Below are positions 1 through 11,850 of a stretch of DNA of 59,935 nt, piece by piece; positions within the stretch are counted from its first letter, which is position 1, and each line of letters opens with the position of its first letter. Location: assembly GCF_004010195.1 (NCBI RefSeq), contig NC_057749.1, positions 6,574,702 to 6,634,636 on the forward strand. The letters run 5' to 3'. Made by a program: the position numbers and the translations under genes. The stretch is from Chiloscyllium plagiosum. Lineage: Eukaryota. The notes under the pieces are model-generated. The model saw only the letters and a program-made list of their open reading frames with translations, did not search any database and was not told the DNA's origin.

Positions 1-180
1 CCCCACTGACCTATTGTACTCTATGCTACTCTATCCCCAACCCCACCCTCCTCTAGCTTATCTCTCCACGCTTCAGGCTCTCTGCCTTTATTCCTGATGA
101 AGGGCTTTTGCCCGAAACGTCGATTTCGAAGCTTTTCGGATGCTGCCTGAATTGCTGTGCTCTTCCAGCACCACTGATTC
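1..180 (+). mobile_element. Penelope-type element 3' end / pseudo-LTR fragment (family A)
   Basis: Contains cctgatgaagggcttttgcccgaaacgtcga followed by the ggatgctgcctga..tgctgtgct..tccagca tail that recurs many times in the window. Confidence 0.7.
94..121 (+). ncRNA. Minimal type I hammerhead ribozyme core (family A)
   Basis: CUGAUGA-A-GGGC(UUUU)GCCC-GAAA-CGUC: complete catalytic core, 4-bp stem II, ACGU palindrome in place of stem III, GUC cleavage triplet. Confidence 0.75.
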
Positions 181-745
181 AGAAGGAAACCACTATACTC
201 ACTACTGCAGCCTTTCTCTTGGACAGACTTAAAACAACGATTAACTTATCTGATTCTGTGCTGTGAACTTCACCCACAGTTCCTCCAAGATTAATTGTGA
301 ATTTCACTGTTTGTTAATTTTCCCAGATGCACTCCGACGTCCAGCGATACACGAATTCAAACAGCAAAGACAGTAGCTGTGCAGGTTCTCTCTCTCTCTC
401 CCTGTCTTGCTCTCTCTCTCTCTCCTGCACTGTCCACTCTTCTCCCTTTTAAAACTGCTGTTGTTTTGACTTTTGTTTCCCCCAAAGTTCCAAAACAATG
501 CAACAGCATATAAAACAGTAATTGCTGCTCCTGGAATTTGAGTAAATCACCTCCAACACCTAAAATACCTCAAAAAAAGGAGCATTTCTTACAGCCAGAA
601 ATTTTTCCCCTCCTCCATCTTGGATTTGTTAGGTGAAGGGGTAAATGTAGAGGAATGGGTCTGGGTGGGTTGCTTTTCGGTGGGTCGCTGTGGACTTGTT
701 GGGCCGAAGGGCCTGTTTCCACACTAAGTAATCTAATCTAATCAA

Positions 746-1830
746 GATGGGCCAACTGGCTGAGAAGTGGCAGATGGAGTTTAATTTAGATAAATGTGAG
801 ATGCTGCATTTTGGGAAAGCAAACCTGAACAGGAGTTATACACTTAATAGTAAGAGTTGAAACTTTATTGCTGGAACAGCACAGCAGGTCAGGCAGCATC
901 CAGGGAACAGGAGATTCGACGTTTCGGGCACAGGCCCTTCTTCACGAATAGTAAGATCCTAGGGAGTGTTGCTGAACAAAGAGACTTTCGAGTGCAGGTT
1001 CTTACTCCTTGAAAGTAGAGTTGAAGGTAGATAGGGTAAAGAAGAAGGCGTTTGGTATGCTTTCCTTTATTGGTCAGCATATTGAGTACAGGAGTTGCGG
1101 CTATATAGGACATTGGTTTGGCCATTTTTGGAATATTGCGTGCAATTCTGGTCTCCTCCCTATCAGAAAGATGTTGTGAAACTTGAAAGGGTTCAGAAAA
1201 GATTTATAAAGATATTGCCAGGGTTGGAGGATTTGAGCTACAGGGAGAGGCCGAATAGATTAGATTAGATTCCCTACAGTGTGGAAACAGGCCCTTCGGT
1301 CCAACCAGTCCACACTGACCTTCCAAAGAGTAACCCACCCAGACCCATTTCCCTCTGACTAATGCCCCTAACACTACGGGCAATTTAGCATGGCCAATTC
1401 ACCTGACCTAGGCTGGGGCTGTTTTCACTGGAGCATCAGAGGCTGAGGGATGACCTTATAGAGGTTTATAAAATCATGAGGTGCATGAATAGGGTAAATA
1501 GATAAGGTCTTTTCCCTGGGGTGGGGAGTCCAGAACTGGAGGGCACAGGTTTAGGGTGAGAGGGGAAAAGATATAAAAGAGACCTAATGGGCAACATTTT
1601 TCATGTAGAGGGTGGTATGTGTATGGAATGAACTGCCAGAGGAAGTGGTGGAGGCTGTTACAATTGCAACATTTAAGAGGCATTTGGATGGGGATATGAA
1701 TAGGAAGGGTTTGGAGGGATATGGGCCAGGTGCTCATAGGTGGGACTAGATTGGGTTGGGGTATCTGGTCGGCTTGGACGGGTTGGACCGAAGGGTCTGT
1801 TTCTGTGCTGTACATCTCTTTGTCTCTGAC
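746..1830 (+). mobile_element. CR1/HER1-like LINE 3' fragment, interrupted by a Penelope-type insert (855-946) and an antisense HE1 fragment (~1255-1408)
   Basis: RT C-terminal relics (WQMEFNLDKCE, LEYCVQFWSP, RLRDDLIEVYKIMR) and the typical 3' tail gaagggtctgtttctgtgctgtacatctc. Confidence 0.85.
855..946 (-). mobile_element. ~92-bp Penelope-type insert carrying a hammerhead core with one substitution
   Basis: TSD aatagtaag at 846-854 and 947-955; minus strand reads AUUC-(G)UGAAGA-A-GGGC(CUGU)GCCC-GAAA-CGUC-GAAU. Confidence 0.75.
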
Positions 1831-2464
1831 TGTAATCATGCTGTTGAGATGCCCCACACAATTTAGAAATCACCTGAACTGACTAGAACTTCCTGTTTTC
1901 ATTGTCGGATCGCCATTAACCTTTTCCGGTTAAGTTACGACTTGTTAATGAGGTGTAACTGAGTTATTAAGTCTATTAAGCTATAATAATTATTGGAGAC
2001 CCCCTTAAGCCCTGAAAACATAATTTTAGATTTGGATAAAGATTATATTCTGTATTATGAAATATTCATAGTTTTTGCCTCAATTCATTTTAAAAACCTG
2101 TTTGCTTATATTTTGACTTCTAATATGTTTGTGTCCATTTTTATTTTGTCGTCTTTAAAATTTGTAAGATGTGAAGGGTAATTAAACCATTTTACTTCCA
2201 GGTTTGTTATCTATGAAAATTGACTTTTTATCCTGCATGGTGACAGAAACGTTGCTGGATGCATGGAGATCTTTTGGCTTAGCAACCAATCCAAATTAAC
2301 ATTGGGAAAGGGGAAATCAATATTTCAGAGCTAGTAAGATCATTAGATAGCTTTCTTTGTGGTCAGCCATGGGTGCTCTCCACCTCAGTACTGATTTAAA
2401 GATTAATAACTGATCTTTCAAACAAAATTAAATATAGAAAAGATGAAAGGCATTGAGATTCATC

Positions 2465-2800
2465 ACCAGTGGCTCAGTGGTTAGAACTGCTCCCTCACTG
2501 TGCTAAAGACCTGGGTTCAATTCCAACCTTGTCTAACTGTCTGTGAGGTGTTTGCACATTCTCCCTGTGTCTGTGCGGGTTTGCTGTGGCTTCCTCCCAC
2601 AGTCCAGGTTAGGTGGATTGACTGTACTAAATTGCTCATCGTGTCCAGGGATGTGTGAGCTAGGTGGGTTACCAATGGGAAATGCAAGGTTTCAGGGACA
2701 GTATAGGTGGATGAGTCTGGGTTTGACACTCTTCAGATGATTGGTGTGGACTCATTAGACTGAATGGCCTGCTTCCACACTGTGTAGGGATTCTATGATT
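2465..2800 (+). mobile_element. HE1-like tRNA-derived V-SINE
   Basis: A box tggctcagtgg, B box gggttcaattcc, V-domain tttgcacattctcc, CR1-type tail. Confidence 0.8.
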
Positions 2801-4369
2801 GTGAAAAATAGTTGATCGTTGAACATTAAAAGTATTGGTGTCGGAGCATAGAATTTTCAAACAGAAGTGTCCATTTCTTTTCAAAAGATATCTAAAATGT
2901 ATTAATATTGAATGGATTAAAGCAGATTGAGAAACCCTGATTTAGAATCCAAGCTAGGGTACTTTTGAATGAATCAAGAGGTACCATTTGTGGGTCAATA
3001 TGGATTTCAGCCAATGTGTTGTTGCCAGTTTTGACAGAACCCCTTTTTTCTGTTCGCCCTATTTTGAAGACAATTGCCCTGATTACAAGCAAGTTGCAGC
3101 ATCAACAGCTCAGTCCATTGCTGTGGTTGAACAAGAATAGGGCTCAAATTGCCGAATTTTAATCTTCAGATTTTATTGTCTTGTGTACTCATATACAAAA
3201 GTACAGGAGTACAGTGAAAAGTGTATAATGTCATTACACAAGGTGCCATCTTCGGTACCAGGAATATACCCTGAGGATATATAATTTTACAGGTGGGTGA
3301 ATAAAATTGTTACAGAAAAGAATCCCCATAGCTGTTGCCTCTTTACTCACTCTTTGGTAATATCAGTGAAACTAAAACTGGAGTACAAACTATTGCACCA
3401 CACATTTTAGCCTGGTAAATATCAGTATTGTTCCATGACTACTGATAGAGTTTAAATAAAGCTGTCAACTTGCCTCAGGCCTATAAACAGAGGAAGCAAT
3501 ATCATCCTAATGCAAATTGTTACTTCAATCAAATTTTGTCCAATGCAGTAAAAGAAAATACAATAGGGAGAACATTTCTGGAGTTCTATAGAGATAGCTT
3601 TAACAATTGGCAAAGATCAAACTGATTGCCTTGATGGCTGTGATAAATGCAATTGAGATATGACATTGGTCTTTTTCTGTGCTATGAATATATTCATCCC
3701 AATTAGTCCATTCTGGTATTTATAATCTAAGGGAAATTCCTCTCACTCAAAATTCGGTGACTCCTTACTGGGCATCCCTACACTCCAAAGAAAAATTCAA
3801 AAAGGCAGACCCCAACCAACATTTCAGGGGTATTTAGAGATGCGGAATGAAAATTGGTGGAGCTAATTCATTTCATCTTAAAATGATAACGTTCTGTTCC
3901 TTTCTCCAAATGAAGGGATGTTCTTAATGGTGCTCTTTTCTCCCCAAGCTCTTGTCTCTCATTACTATAGGGCCAACATCTCAACAAGGCAAGGTTAATA
4001 AGTGAAACAGAAATCACTGTAATGAGTGAGGAAGATTTGGCAGAAAACTGAGATCCTTTATTTTCAAACTTTATCTTCTTGCAAGACCGGTTCAGATTTT
4101 GTAAAGTCCCTTGACCCATTTCAACCCTGGTCATTGAGAAAGTTGTCCACATGTTTTTGCACCAAGGTTCTGATCTGTGCCATAGAATGAGCCTTTCTAA
4201 AAGAGAGCTGGCAGTAAATCAGCTCTCCCTTCAGTACTTCACTCGAACATACAGGCCTCATAACTACGTCTACATTTTTAAACATTCATTGTGAAATATG
4301 AGCATCAGTGTTGTCCAGTCCTATTTGCCATTGAGAGGTGGTTGTGAGGTGTCTTCTTGAACCACAGTT

Positions 4370-4850
4370 AGACTCATAGACTCACAGAGATGTGCAGCAC
4401 AGAAACAGATCCTTAGCTCTAACTTGTCCATGCCGACCAGATATCCTAAATTAATCTAGTCCCATTTGCCAGCATTTGGCCCATATCCCTCTAAACCCTT
4501 CCTATTCATGTACCCATCCAGATGCCTTTTAAATATTGTAATTGTACCAGCCTCCACCACTTCCTCTGGCAGCTCATTCCATACACGCACCACCCTCTGC
4601 ATGAAAAAGTTGCCACTTAGGTTACTTTTAGTTCTTTCCCCTCTCAACTTAAAACCTATGCCCTCTAGTTCTGGATCCCACCCACCCCCCCCCCCCACCC
4701 CAGAGAATATTCATGTACTGCCAGTTATCGAGTCATAGAGTCGTATGGCACAGAAACAGACCCTTCGGTTCAACCATTCCATGGTGAACATAATCCCAAA
4801 CTAAACTAGCTCCACTTGCCTGCCCCCAGCCCATATCCCTCCAAACCTTC
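4370..4850 (-). mobile_element. Two CR1 3'-end fragments
   Basis: Minus-strand GNFFMQRVVRVWNELPEEVVEAG and CR1 tails. Confidence 0.85.
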
Positions 4851-5277
4851 CTATTAAACTGTAAAGACTATAATAAAATGGTAATAAATCTTTAACTAAG
4901 CCTGCAATCTCAGGAGCAGCTGCAAGATCGACATTGCTCCCACAGCTAAAAATGGGTATATCACAAAACCATGGCATTTATTTTCCTTGCTTTTTTTGGC
5001 CTCTTTAATCTCAAACTTAATCACAACACAAAGTTAGTGCAAGATGGATCTCTCCAAGCAGTATTCCAACATCATGCTTTGATTCTGCGTTAGAATTAGT
5101 GAAAGTCTCTTCCTTCATGATCAATATTGACTGGAGAAGTTAGCACAGGCCAACAAGGTCTTTGCTAGACCTTGACGTGGAATAGGACAACGCAAATCTC
5201 AAATTACATAAATTTCACAATCATTCAAATCTAGCCATGGCTATTAAAACTGGTTCATTTTGGGCATTTGCAAATTG

Positions 5278-5590
5278 GGCGGCATGGTGGCTCAGTGGTT
5301 AGCACTGCTGCCTCACAGCGCCAGGTTCCCGGGTTCGATTCTGGCCTCAGGCGACTGTGTGGAGTTTGCACGTTCTCCCCGTGTCTGTGTGGGTTTCCTC
5401 TGGGTGCTCCGGTTTCCTCCCACAGTCCAAAGATGTGCAGGTCAGGTGAACTGGCCATGCTAAATTGCCTGTAGTGTTAGGTGCATTAGTCAGAGGAAAA
5501 TGGGACTGGGTGGGTTACTCTTCGGAGGGTCGGTGTGGACTTGTTGGGCTGAAGGGCCTGTTTCCACACTGTAGGGAATCTAACCTAACC
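5278..5590 (+). mobile_element. HE1 SINE, full length
   Basis: ggcggcatggtggctcagtggttagcactgctgcctcacagcgcc head, B box gggttcgattc, tail gaagggcctgtttccacactgtagggaatctaa. Confidence 0.9.
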
Positions 5591-6829
5591 ATCAAACTTT
5601 CTGGCAGCTCCACCAAATGTTTGCTCTGTGCAAAGGCTAGAATGCAAATTAAGATAGATGAGCATTGCCAATGAAGATATCAAAGGGACTTCATTTAGAA
5701 AGATGAGATTTTCGAACCCACTTGACCAGAAACAAGTTTGATTTGGTCAGTGTAGTGTTAGGAATTACATCAAATCTAAGGCTTATATTGTTCACGGACT
5801 TAGCATCGGTTACTCTCTCCGAATTGGAACTGTCTGAGGTTGTTAAGCCTCTGTGAGAATTCTACTGGGACTTTTAAAAGCTTTTCTCACTTAAAAATGT
5901 TTCATTACTTCAAGTATTACTACTTAGCCCAGATCCACAATGGCATGGAAAAACAATTAAAGTAGAAGTACTTTTCATTGCCACAATCTTAAAAAGCAGA
6001 CACTACAATATAGGTGATCAATTAAAATCCATATTTACAGCTTATTTGATGTGTTCTTTTGTTAAAAGGCATTCAGGCTTTCAAGGAAACACAATACTGC
6101 ATGCTTCACACGTGGCTGTATGTGCTTTGAGATGCATGGCCTTTAGAATTACATTGAAAGCCTTTTGTTTGGAGGCTGCTACACTCACATTTGCAAAATA
6201 AATGCACTTTGGCACTCTTCACCAGCCCCTGGGGTACAGCCAGATCCAATGTAGTTCAACAATGCTGGGTTTCAGAACGGAGGAGTTAAAAGGACACATG
6301 AACAAGTCAGAAGGAGTCTTTTGCAATTGGAAATAAAAACAGAAAATGCTGGACACTGTCAGGATCAGGTTGGAGTGAGAATCAGAGTTAACCATTCAGG
6401 TTAAATGGCCCTTCAGGACCACAACTAATGCAGTCTGTGGTTTACTATAATTTAGCCTGTGTAGCATACACCACAAAACTTGAGTCAGTTATTGTGAAGT
6501 TGATTTGTAACACTAACTATTTGTAATATCACAGACTTACACCTGCAGTCTGGGGACAGAAACTTGTAGGGGCCTGAATAAAGTGCGCTGTGGCAAAATT
6601 ATATGTTGAATTGTAAGAGAAGTCTGAAGCCTACCTGGACAATGAGAACAATTTGCTGCATATTTTATGGTGGGTCACAAGGCAGTGGTGAACTGTTTAT
6701 TTAGGGAATTATTCCTTATAATGATCTCATTAATAGTACCTCACTTTATTAATATTTCGTTTCCCATATTATCAAACACTATGAACAAAGTAGTCATTGA
6801 TGGCATGGGCTCTTATTTTAGTCAGTAAC

Positions 6830-7780
6830 TTCTCGTACAGCACCTTGTCAAAGGCCTTCTGGATTTCCAAATTGATCATAGACTCCTTCAGCTTTGTCCA
6901 ATTGCTCAGTACCTCCTCAAAGAATGGTTTCTAAAATCTTACCAATAACAGAGTTCAGGCTAATTGGCTGGCAGTTTCCAGTCTTCTGCGCATCTCCCTT
7001 CTTAAACAGGAGTGTTACATTAGCTACGTTCTAGTCCTCTGGCACCCTTCCTGACTGCATTGATTCCTGAAAGACCACCACCAATGTCAGTTATCTCCTT
7101 CAGAACTCCGGGTTGCAGTCCATCTGGTCCGAGTGATTCATCCATCTTCAGAACTTCCAACTTCCCCAACATCTTTTTCTTCATGATGGCCACTACACTC
7201 ACTTTTGCCTCTGACTCCCTTGAAGTTCTGGTATGCTGCTGCTATCTTCTGGGAGAAAGTGAGGACTGCAGATGCTGGAGATCAGAGTCGAGAGTGTGTT
7301 GGTGGGGAAGCACAGCAGGTCAGGCAGCATCTGAGGAGGAGCAGGAGAATCAACGCTTTGGACATAAGCCTTTCATCAGGAATCAGCCCTTCCTGATGAA
7401 GGGCTTATGCCTGAAACGTCGATTCTATTGCTCCTCGGATGCTGCCTGACCTGCTGTGCTTTACCAGCAACACACTCTCGACTGCTGGTGTCCTCCACTG
7501 TGAAAACTGTTACAATGTACCTATTCAGTTCCTCCATCATTTTTTTGTTCCACATTGCTATTTCTCCAGCCTCATTTTTCCATTGACTCAATGTCCACTA
7601 TTTATTGCATTTCTCTCTTACCTTGTAGACATCTAAAAAAAGCTCTTGCAATCTTCTTTCATATTACTAGCTTGCTTACTCTCATATTTCATCTTCTCCC
7701 TCTTTATGACTTTTATACTCATCCTCTGCTGGTTTTAAAATGCTTCCCAATCTTCTGGCTTCCCACTGATTCAGGGTTAA
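6830..7780 (-). mobile_element. CR1 ORF2 internal fragment
   Basis: Minus-strand GPDGLQPGVLKE and MMEELNRYIVTVFTVED relics of the RT N-terminal region. Confidence 0.75.
7251..7485. mobile_element. Inverted-pair Penelope-type cassette (family A); + strand hammerhead core at 7393-7420
   Basis: ~100-bp inverted arms centred near 7385; CUGAUGA-A-GGGC(UUAU)GCCU-GAAA-CGUC. Confidence 0.75.
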
Positions 7781-7979
7781 TGTAGTAGTGAATTGGGGTG
7801 GGTCACACTGCATGTGATGGAAGATGTTGCCGGTAACACTGAGAGTGGAAGACAGCCTGTGCCCTGGCGAGAGGGGGGGCGCGGGAATGCGAGAGAGCAG
7901 AGAGAAAGAGTGAGTGTGAGGCACCTGAGAGAGGATGGTGACACCGAAGCTGGTGGTGTGGCAAAGAGCCTTCTTCCTA

Positions 7980-8330
7980 CAGGTGGCTCAATGGTTAGCA
8001 CTGCTCCTTTACAGTACCAGGGACCCAGGTTTGATTTCAGCCTTGGGCGACTGTCTGTGTGGAGTTTGCATATTCTCCCCGTGTCTGTGTGGATTTCCTC
8101 CAGGTGCTCCAGTTTCCTCCGACAGTCCAAAGATGTGCAGGTCAGAGTGGATTGGTCATCCTAAATAGCCCGTAGTGTTCAGGAGTGTGTAGATTAGTTG
8201 CATTAGTCACAGGAAATGTCAAGTAATCAGGTAGGAGAATGGGCCTGGGGGGGGATACTTCTTGGTGGATTGGTGTGCACTTGTTGACTCAAATGGCCTG
8301 TTTCCATACTATAGGCATTCTATGATTCTA
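7980..8330 (+). mobile_element. HE1-like SINE
   Basis: tRNA-like head, V-domain, tail. Confidence 0.85.
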
Positions 8331-8699
8331 ACCTGGGAAATTTTTCCATTGGCTTAAGATGCACTGACCCAGGTGGCAATCTCAGACTCGGCTGACATGG
8401 TCTGTTTTCTGGCCTTCTGGCAAGAGGATATCCTATTTCTACAGTGCCTCATCCAAAAAGACCTCTAGGTGCCTGTTGCAACATGGGCCACCCATTTACC
8501 GATGGCTGCCATATACAGGGAAAAATGTCAGGAACAAGCGAGGCAGCTCCAGACTAGTAGTGCTTGCTTGGCAGCATGGCAGCCTTTTAAAGATGATACC
8601 AGGACATTCTGGGATATCCTGGCAGTGGTGAATTGTTCTAGGAATGGTATGTGTTGAGATGGAGTTGGAATTGGGTAGCGTAGGGTTGGGGTACGTAGT

Positions 8700-9870
8700 T
8701 AATTTTTGGTCAGACTTTTGGAATACAGCATAGAATTCTGGTCTCCCTGCTAAAGAAGGATGCTGTGAAACTTGAAAGGGTGCAGAAAAGATTTACAAGA
8801 ATGTTGCAAGAGTTGGAGGGTTTGAGCTATAGGGAGAGGCTGAGGCTGTTTTCCCTGGAACGTCGGAGGCTAAGAGGTGACCTTATAGAGGTTTATAAAA
8901 TCATGAGGGGCATGTATAGGGTGAATGGACAAGATCTTTCCCCAGAATGGGGGGAGTTCAAAACTCGAGGTCATGGGTTTAAGGTGAGAGGAGAAAGATT
9001 TAAAAGGGACCTAAGGGGCAATTTTTTCACACAAAGGTTGGAGGGACAATGTTTTAGGCATAAGCCCTTTCATTAGCCCTGATGAAGGGCTTATGAATGA
9101 AATGCTGACTCTCCTGCTCCTCGGATGCTGCCTGACCTGCTGTGCTTTTCCAGCACCACACTTTTCGACTCTGACTCTCCAGCATTTGCAGTCCTCCCTT
9201 TCTCCTTACAGGGATATGGATCAAATGCTGGCAAATTGGACTTGATTAATTTAGGATATCTGGTCGGCATTGGACAAGTTAGACCGAAGGGTCTGTTTCT
9301 GTGCTATACAACTCTCTGGCTCTATGACTGTGAGATATGGTGTGAGTTTTCTCCTTGCCTCACAGTGATGAACCCTCTAAAAAACTCAACAAAGATTTAC
9401 AAGGATGTTGCCAGGGTTGGAGGATTTGAGCTTTAGGGAGAGACTGAATAGGCTGGGGCTGTTTTCCTTGGAGTGTCAGAGGCTGAGGGGTGACCTTATA
9501 GAGGTTTATAAAATCGTGAGAGACATGGATAGGATAAGTAAACAAAGTCTCTTTCCTGGGGTGGGGGAGTCCAGAACTAGAGGGCATAGGTTGAGGGTGA
9601 GAGGGGAAAGCTATAAAAGAGACCTAAGGGGCAACATTTTTGTGCAGAAGGTGGTACGTGTATGGAATGAGCTGCCAAAGGAAGTGGTGGAGGCTGGTAC
9701 GATTGCAACATTTAAAAGACATCTGGATGGGCATATGAATAGGAGGGGTTTGGAGGGAAAGAGGCCAGGTACTGGCTAGTGGGACTAGATTGGGTTGGGG
9801 TATCTAGTCGGCATGGACGAGTTGGACCAAAGGGTCTGTTTCCGTGCTGCACATCTCTGTGACTCTATGA
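8700..9870 (+). mobile_element. Two tandem CR1 3' fragments; the first has a family A Penelope-type insert (~9040-9205)
   Basis: ORFs 8765..9076 and 9405..9779 are CR1 RT C-terminus (LERVQKRFTRML, RLRGDLIEVYKI). Confidence 0.88.
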
Positions 9871-10234
9871 CAACTGACACTTTGCCAATAAAGCCCTAAG
9901 ATTCAGTCCTGAGTTTTGTCTTTACTGATATTACCATACATTACGTAACTGACTGAACGCACTACCCTGACTCCATTACACAGAGAAGGTGACTGAAAGT
10001 GAGGTAGGTCTCAGCTCTTGATGTCATGGGATTATCCTAAAGTTACAGGCCTGTCTGATCTGGAATCTATGCCATAATACAACAACAACAACAATAATGA
10101 TGTCTGGGCCAAAACAGGCAGGCTTGGTGATTTTATGACAGGTGACCTCTTAATTGGCCAATTACAAGCCTATCAAATTAAAACCGGTCCAGTCAGTGGA
10201 TCCAAAGCTTTGAGTGGGGGGGAGGGGGTGGGAG

Positions 10235-10570
10235 TGGCATGGTGGCTCAGTGGCTTAGTGGTTAGCACTGCTGCCTCACAGTGCTAGGGACCTGGATTCG
10301 ATTCCAGGCCTTGAGTAATCATCAGTGTGGGGTTTGCACATTTTCCCCGTGTCTGCGTGGGTTTGCTCTGCTTTTCTCCAAAGATGTGCAGGGTAGGTGG
10401 GCTTGGCCGTGCCACATTACTCATAGTGTCCAGAAATGTATGGCCCAGGAGGCTCAGTCATGATAAATGCTAGGTTACAGGAATGTGAATGTGGTAGTGT
10501 CCAGGTAGGATACTCTTTACAAAATCAGTAGAGAGTCCATGGGCCAAGTGGTCACTTTCTGCCCTCCAGG
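10235..10570 (+). mobile_element. Older HE1-like SINE
   Basis: ggcatggtggctcagtgg head, diverged body. Confidence 0.75.
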
Positions 10571-11411
10571 AAAGGATGACACTACCAGACCACCTGGGTA
10601 ATTTTTGGTAAACTCAAAAATTAATAACAATAATCAGGTGGCCCCGGATTGGACAGGAAAATACTTCCAAGGGAATAGTTGCCTTCTGACCCACTCATGG
10701 AGCCAAGGAATTTCCAAACACAATGGCTTCTTCAGGGACCCTCCCGCATCTACATTAAGCTCATGGAATTGTCATGCATTGGGATTCTGAATAACATTGG
10801 TAAAATACCAGCAGTTTTGGAAAATAAAGCTCTTCCAGAAGGTCTTACAGAATGTAGTTTTGCTGTCCACCTCCAGTCGCTGCTGCCAATCCTGTTGTGG
10901 AGAAACTATTTTACTCCAACTCTCACCTAACCAGTTAATTTCTGTCCAAGGTTCAGATCAATAATCTGTTTATCAAAAGTCCATTAAGGATCTGAAGACT
11001 GGTTATCAGGTTGGGATGTGAACTCTGTTCCTCACTCCACTGACCTGTTAACAATTTCTGAAACGTTTTGCTTTCATTTTGCATTTGTAGGGTTTGTTTT
11101 TGTTTTTACGATTGCAGTGGTATCCATAAATAAATTGGGAAAAAAAATCTAATTGTTACAGTGATCAAGTTATCAAGGGAAATGATTAGATGAAGGATAA
11201 GATTTGATTATTATCATGATAAGATGCTATCATTTTAAATTAAATCTGGTCTCTGGGGAAGGGAAATAATTAATGAGCTTTTTGAGACATCTTTGTAAAA
11301 GATAGCAAAGGAGATTGGATTATTTGAACAGACTTTGCAGAATGCTACTGCTTCAGCCCTCTTTGCCATTGAGCAACAGAAAGTGAGTTTAAGGCGCGAG
11401 ACTTGACCAGG

Positions 11412-11850
11412 GAGGCATGGTGGCTCAGTGGTTGGCACTGCTGCCTCACAGTGCCAGGGACCTGGGTTTGATCCTGCCCTCAGGTGAATGACTGTGTGTG
11501 TGTGTCTGTGTGTGTGTATTCCTCTGGGTGCTCTGGTTTCCTCCAGCTGTCCAAAGTTGGGCCACTTACTTCAAAACATTAACTCTGAACTCTCTCCTCA
11601 GTTGTCGCCAGACCTGCTGAGCTTTTCCAGCAATTTGTGCTTTTGTTGCCAAAGATGTGCATGTTAGCTGGATTGGCTGTGCTGAATTGCCCATTTGTCC
11701 ATGGATTTGGTGGCTAGGTGGGTAGTCATGGGAAAATGCAGAGTTGCAGGAAGAGGGTAGGAATTGGGTCTTGGTGGGATGCTGTTCAGACGTTTGGTGT
11801 GGACTCAATGGACTGAATAGCCTGCTTCCACACTGTGCAGACTCTGTGAT
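11412..11850 (+). mobile_element. HE1-like SINE with an internal Penelope-type (family C) fragment at ~11570-11650
   Basis: SINE head and tail flank aaacattaactctg...gacctgctgagcttttccagcaattt. Confidence 0.75.

Larger units (their letters stand above)
1831..6830 (+). mobile_element. Possible highly decayed LTR retroelement/ERV internal region (gag-pro-RT-RNase H relics), broken by younger SINE/LINE insertions
   Basis: CA|TGGTGACAGAA PBS-like junction at 2237/2238; degenerate motifs in the expected order (details under findings). Confidence 0.35.

Noticed and set aside
185..625. Host promoter or 5' UTR with a CT microsatellite
   Set aside because: Not CpG-island-like; more likely the antisense 5' end of a LINE, but I cannot confirm this
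11300..11390. Extra PARP6 exon ending at AAA|GTGAGT
   Set aside because: No PARP6 similarity, an in-frame stop just upstream and no good acceptor; better explained as a repeat or env-like relic
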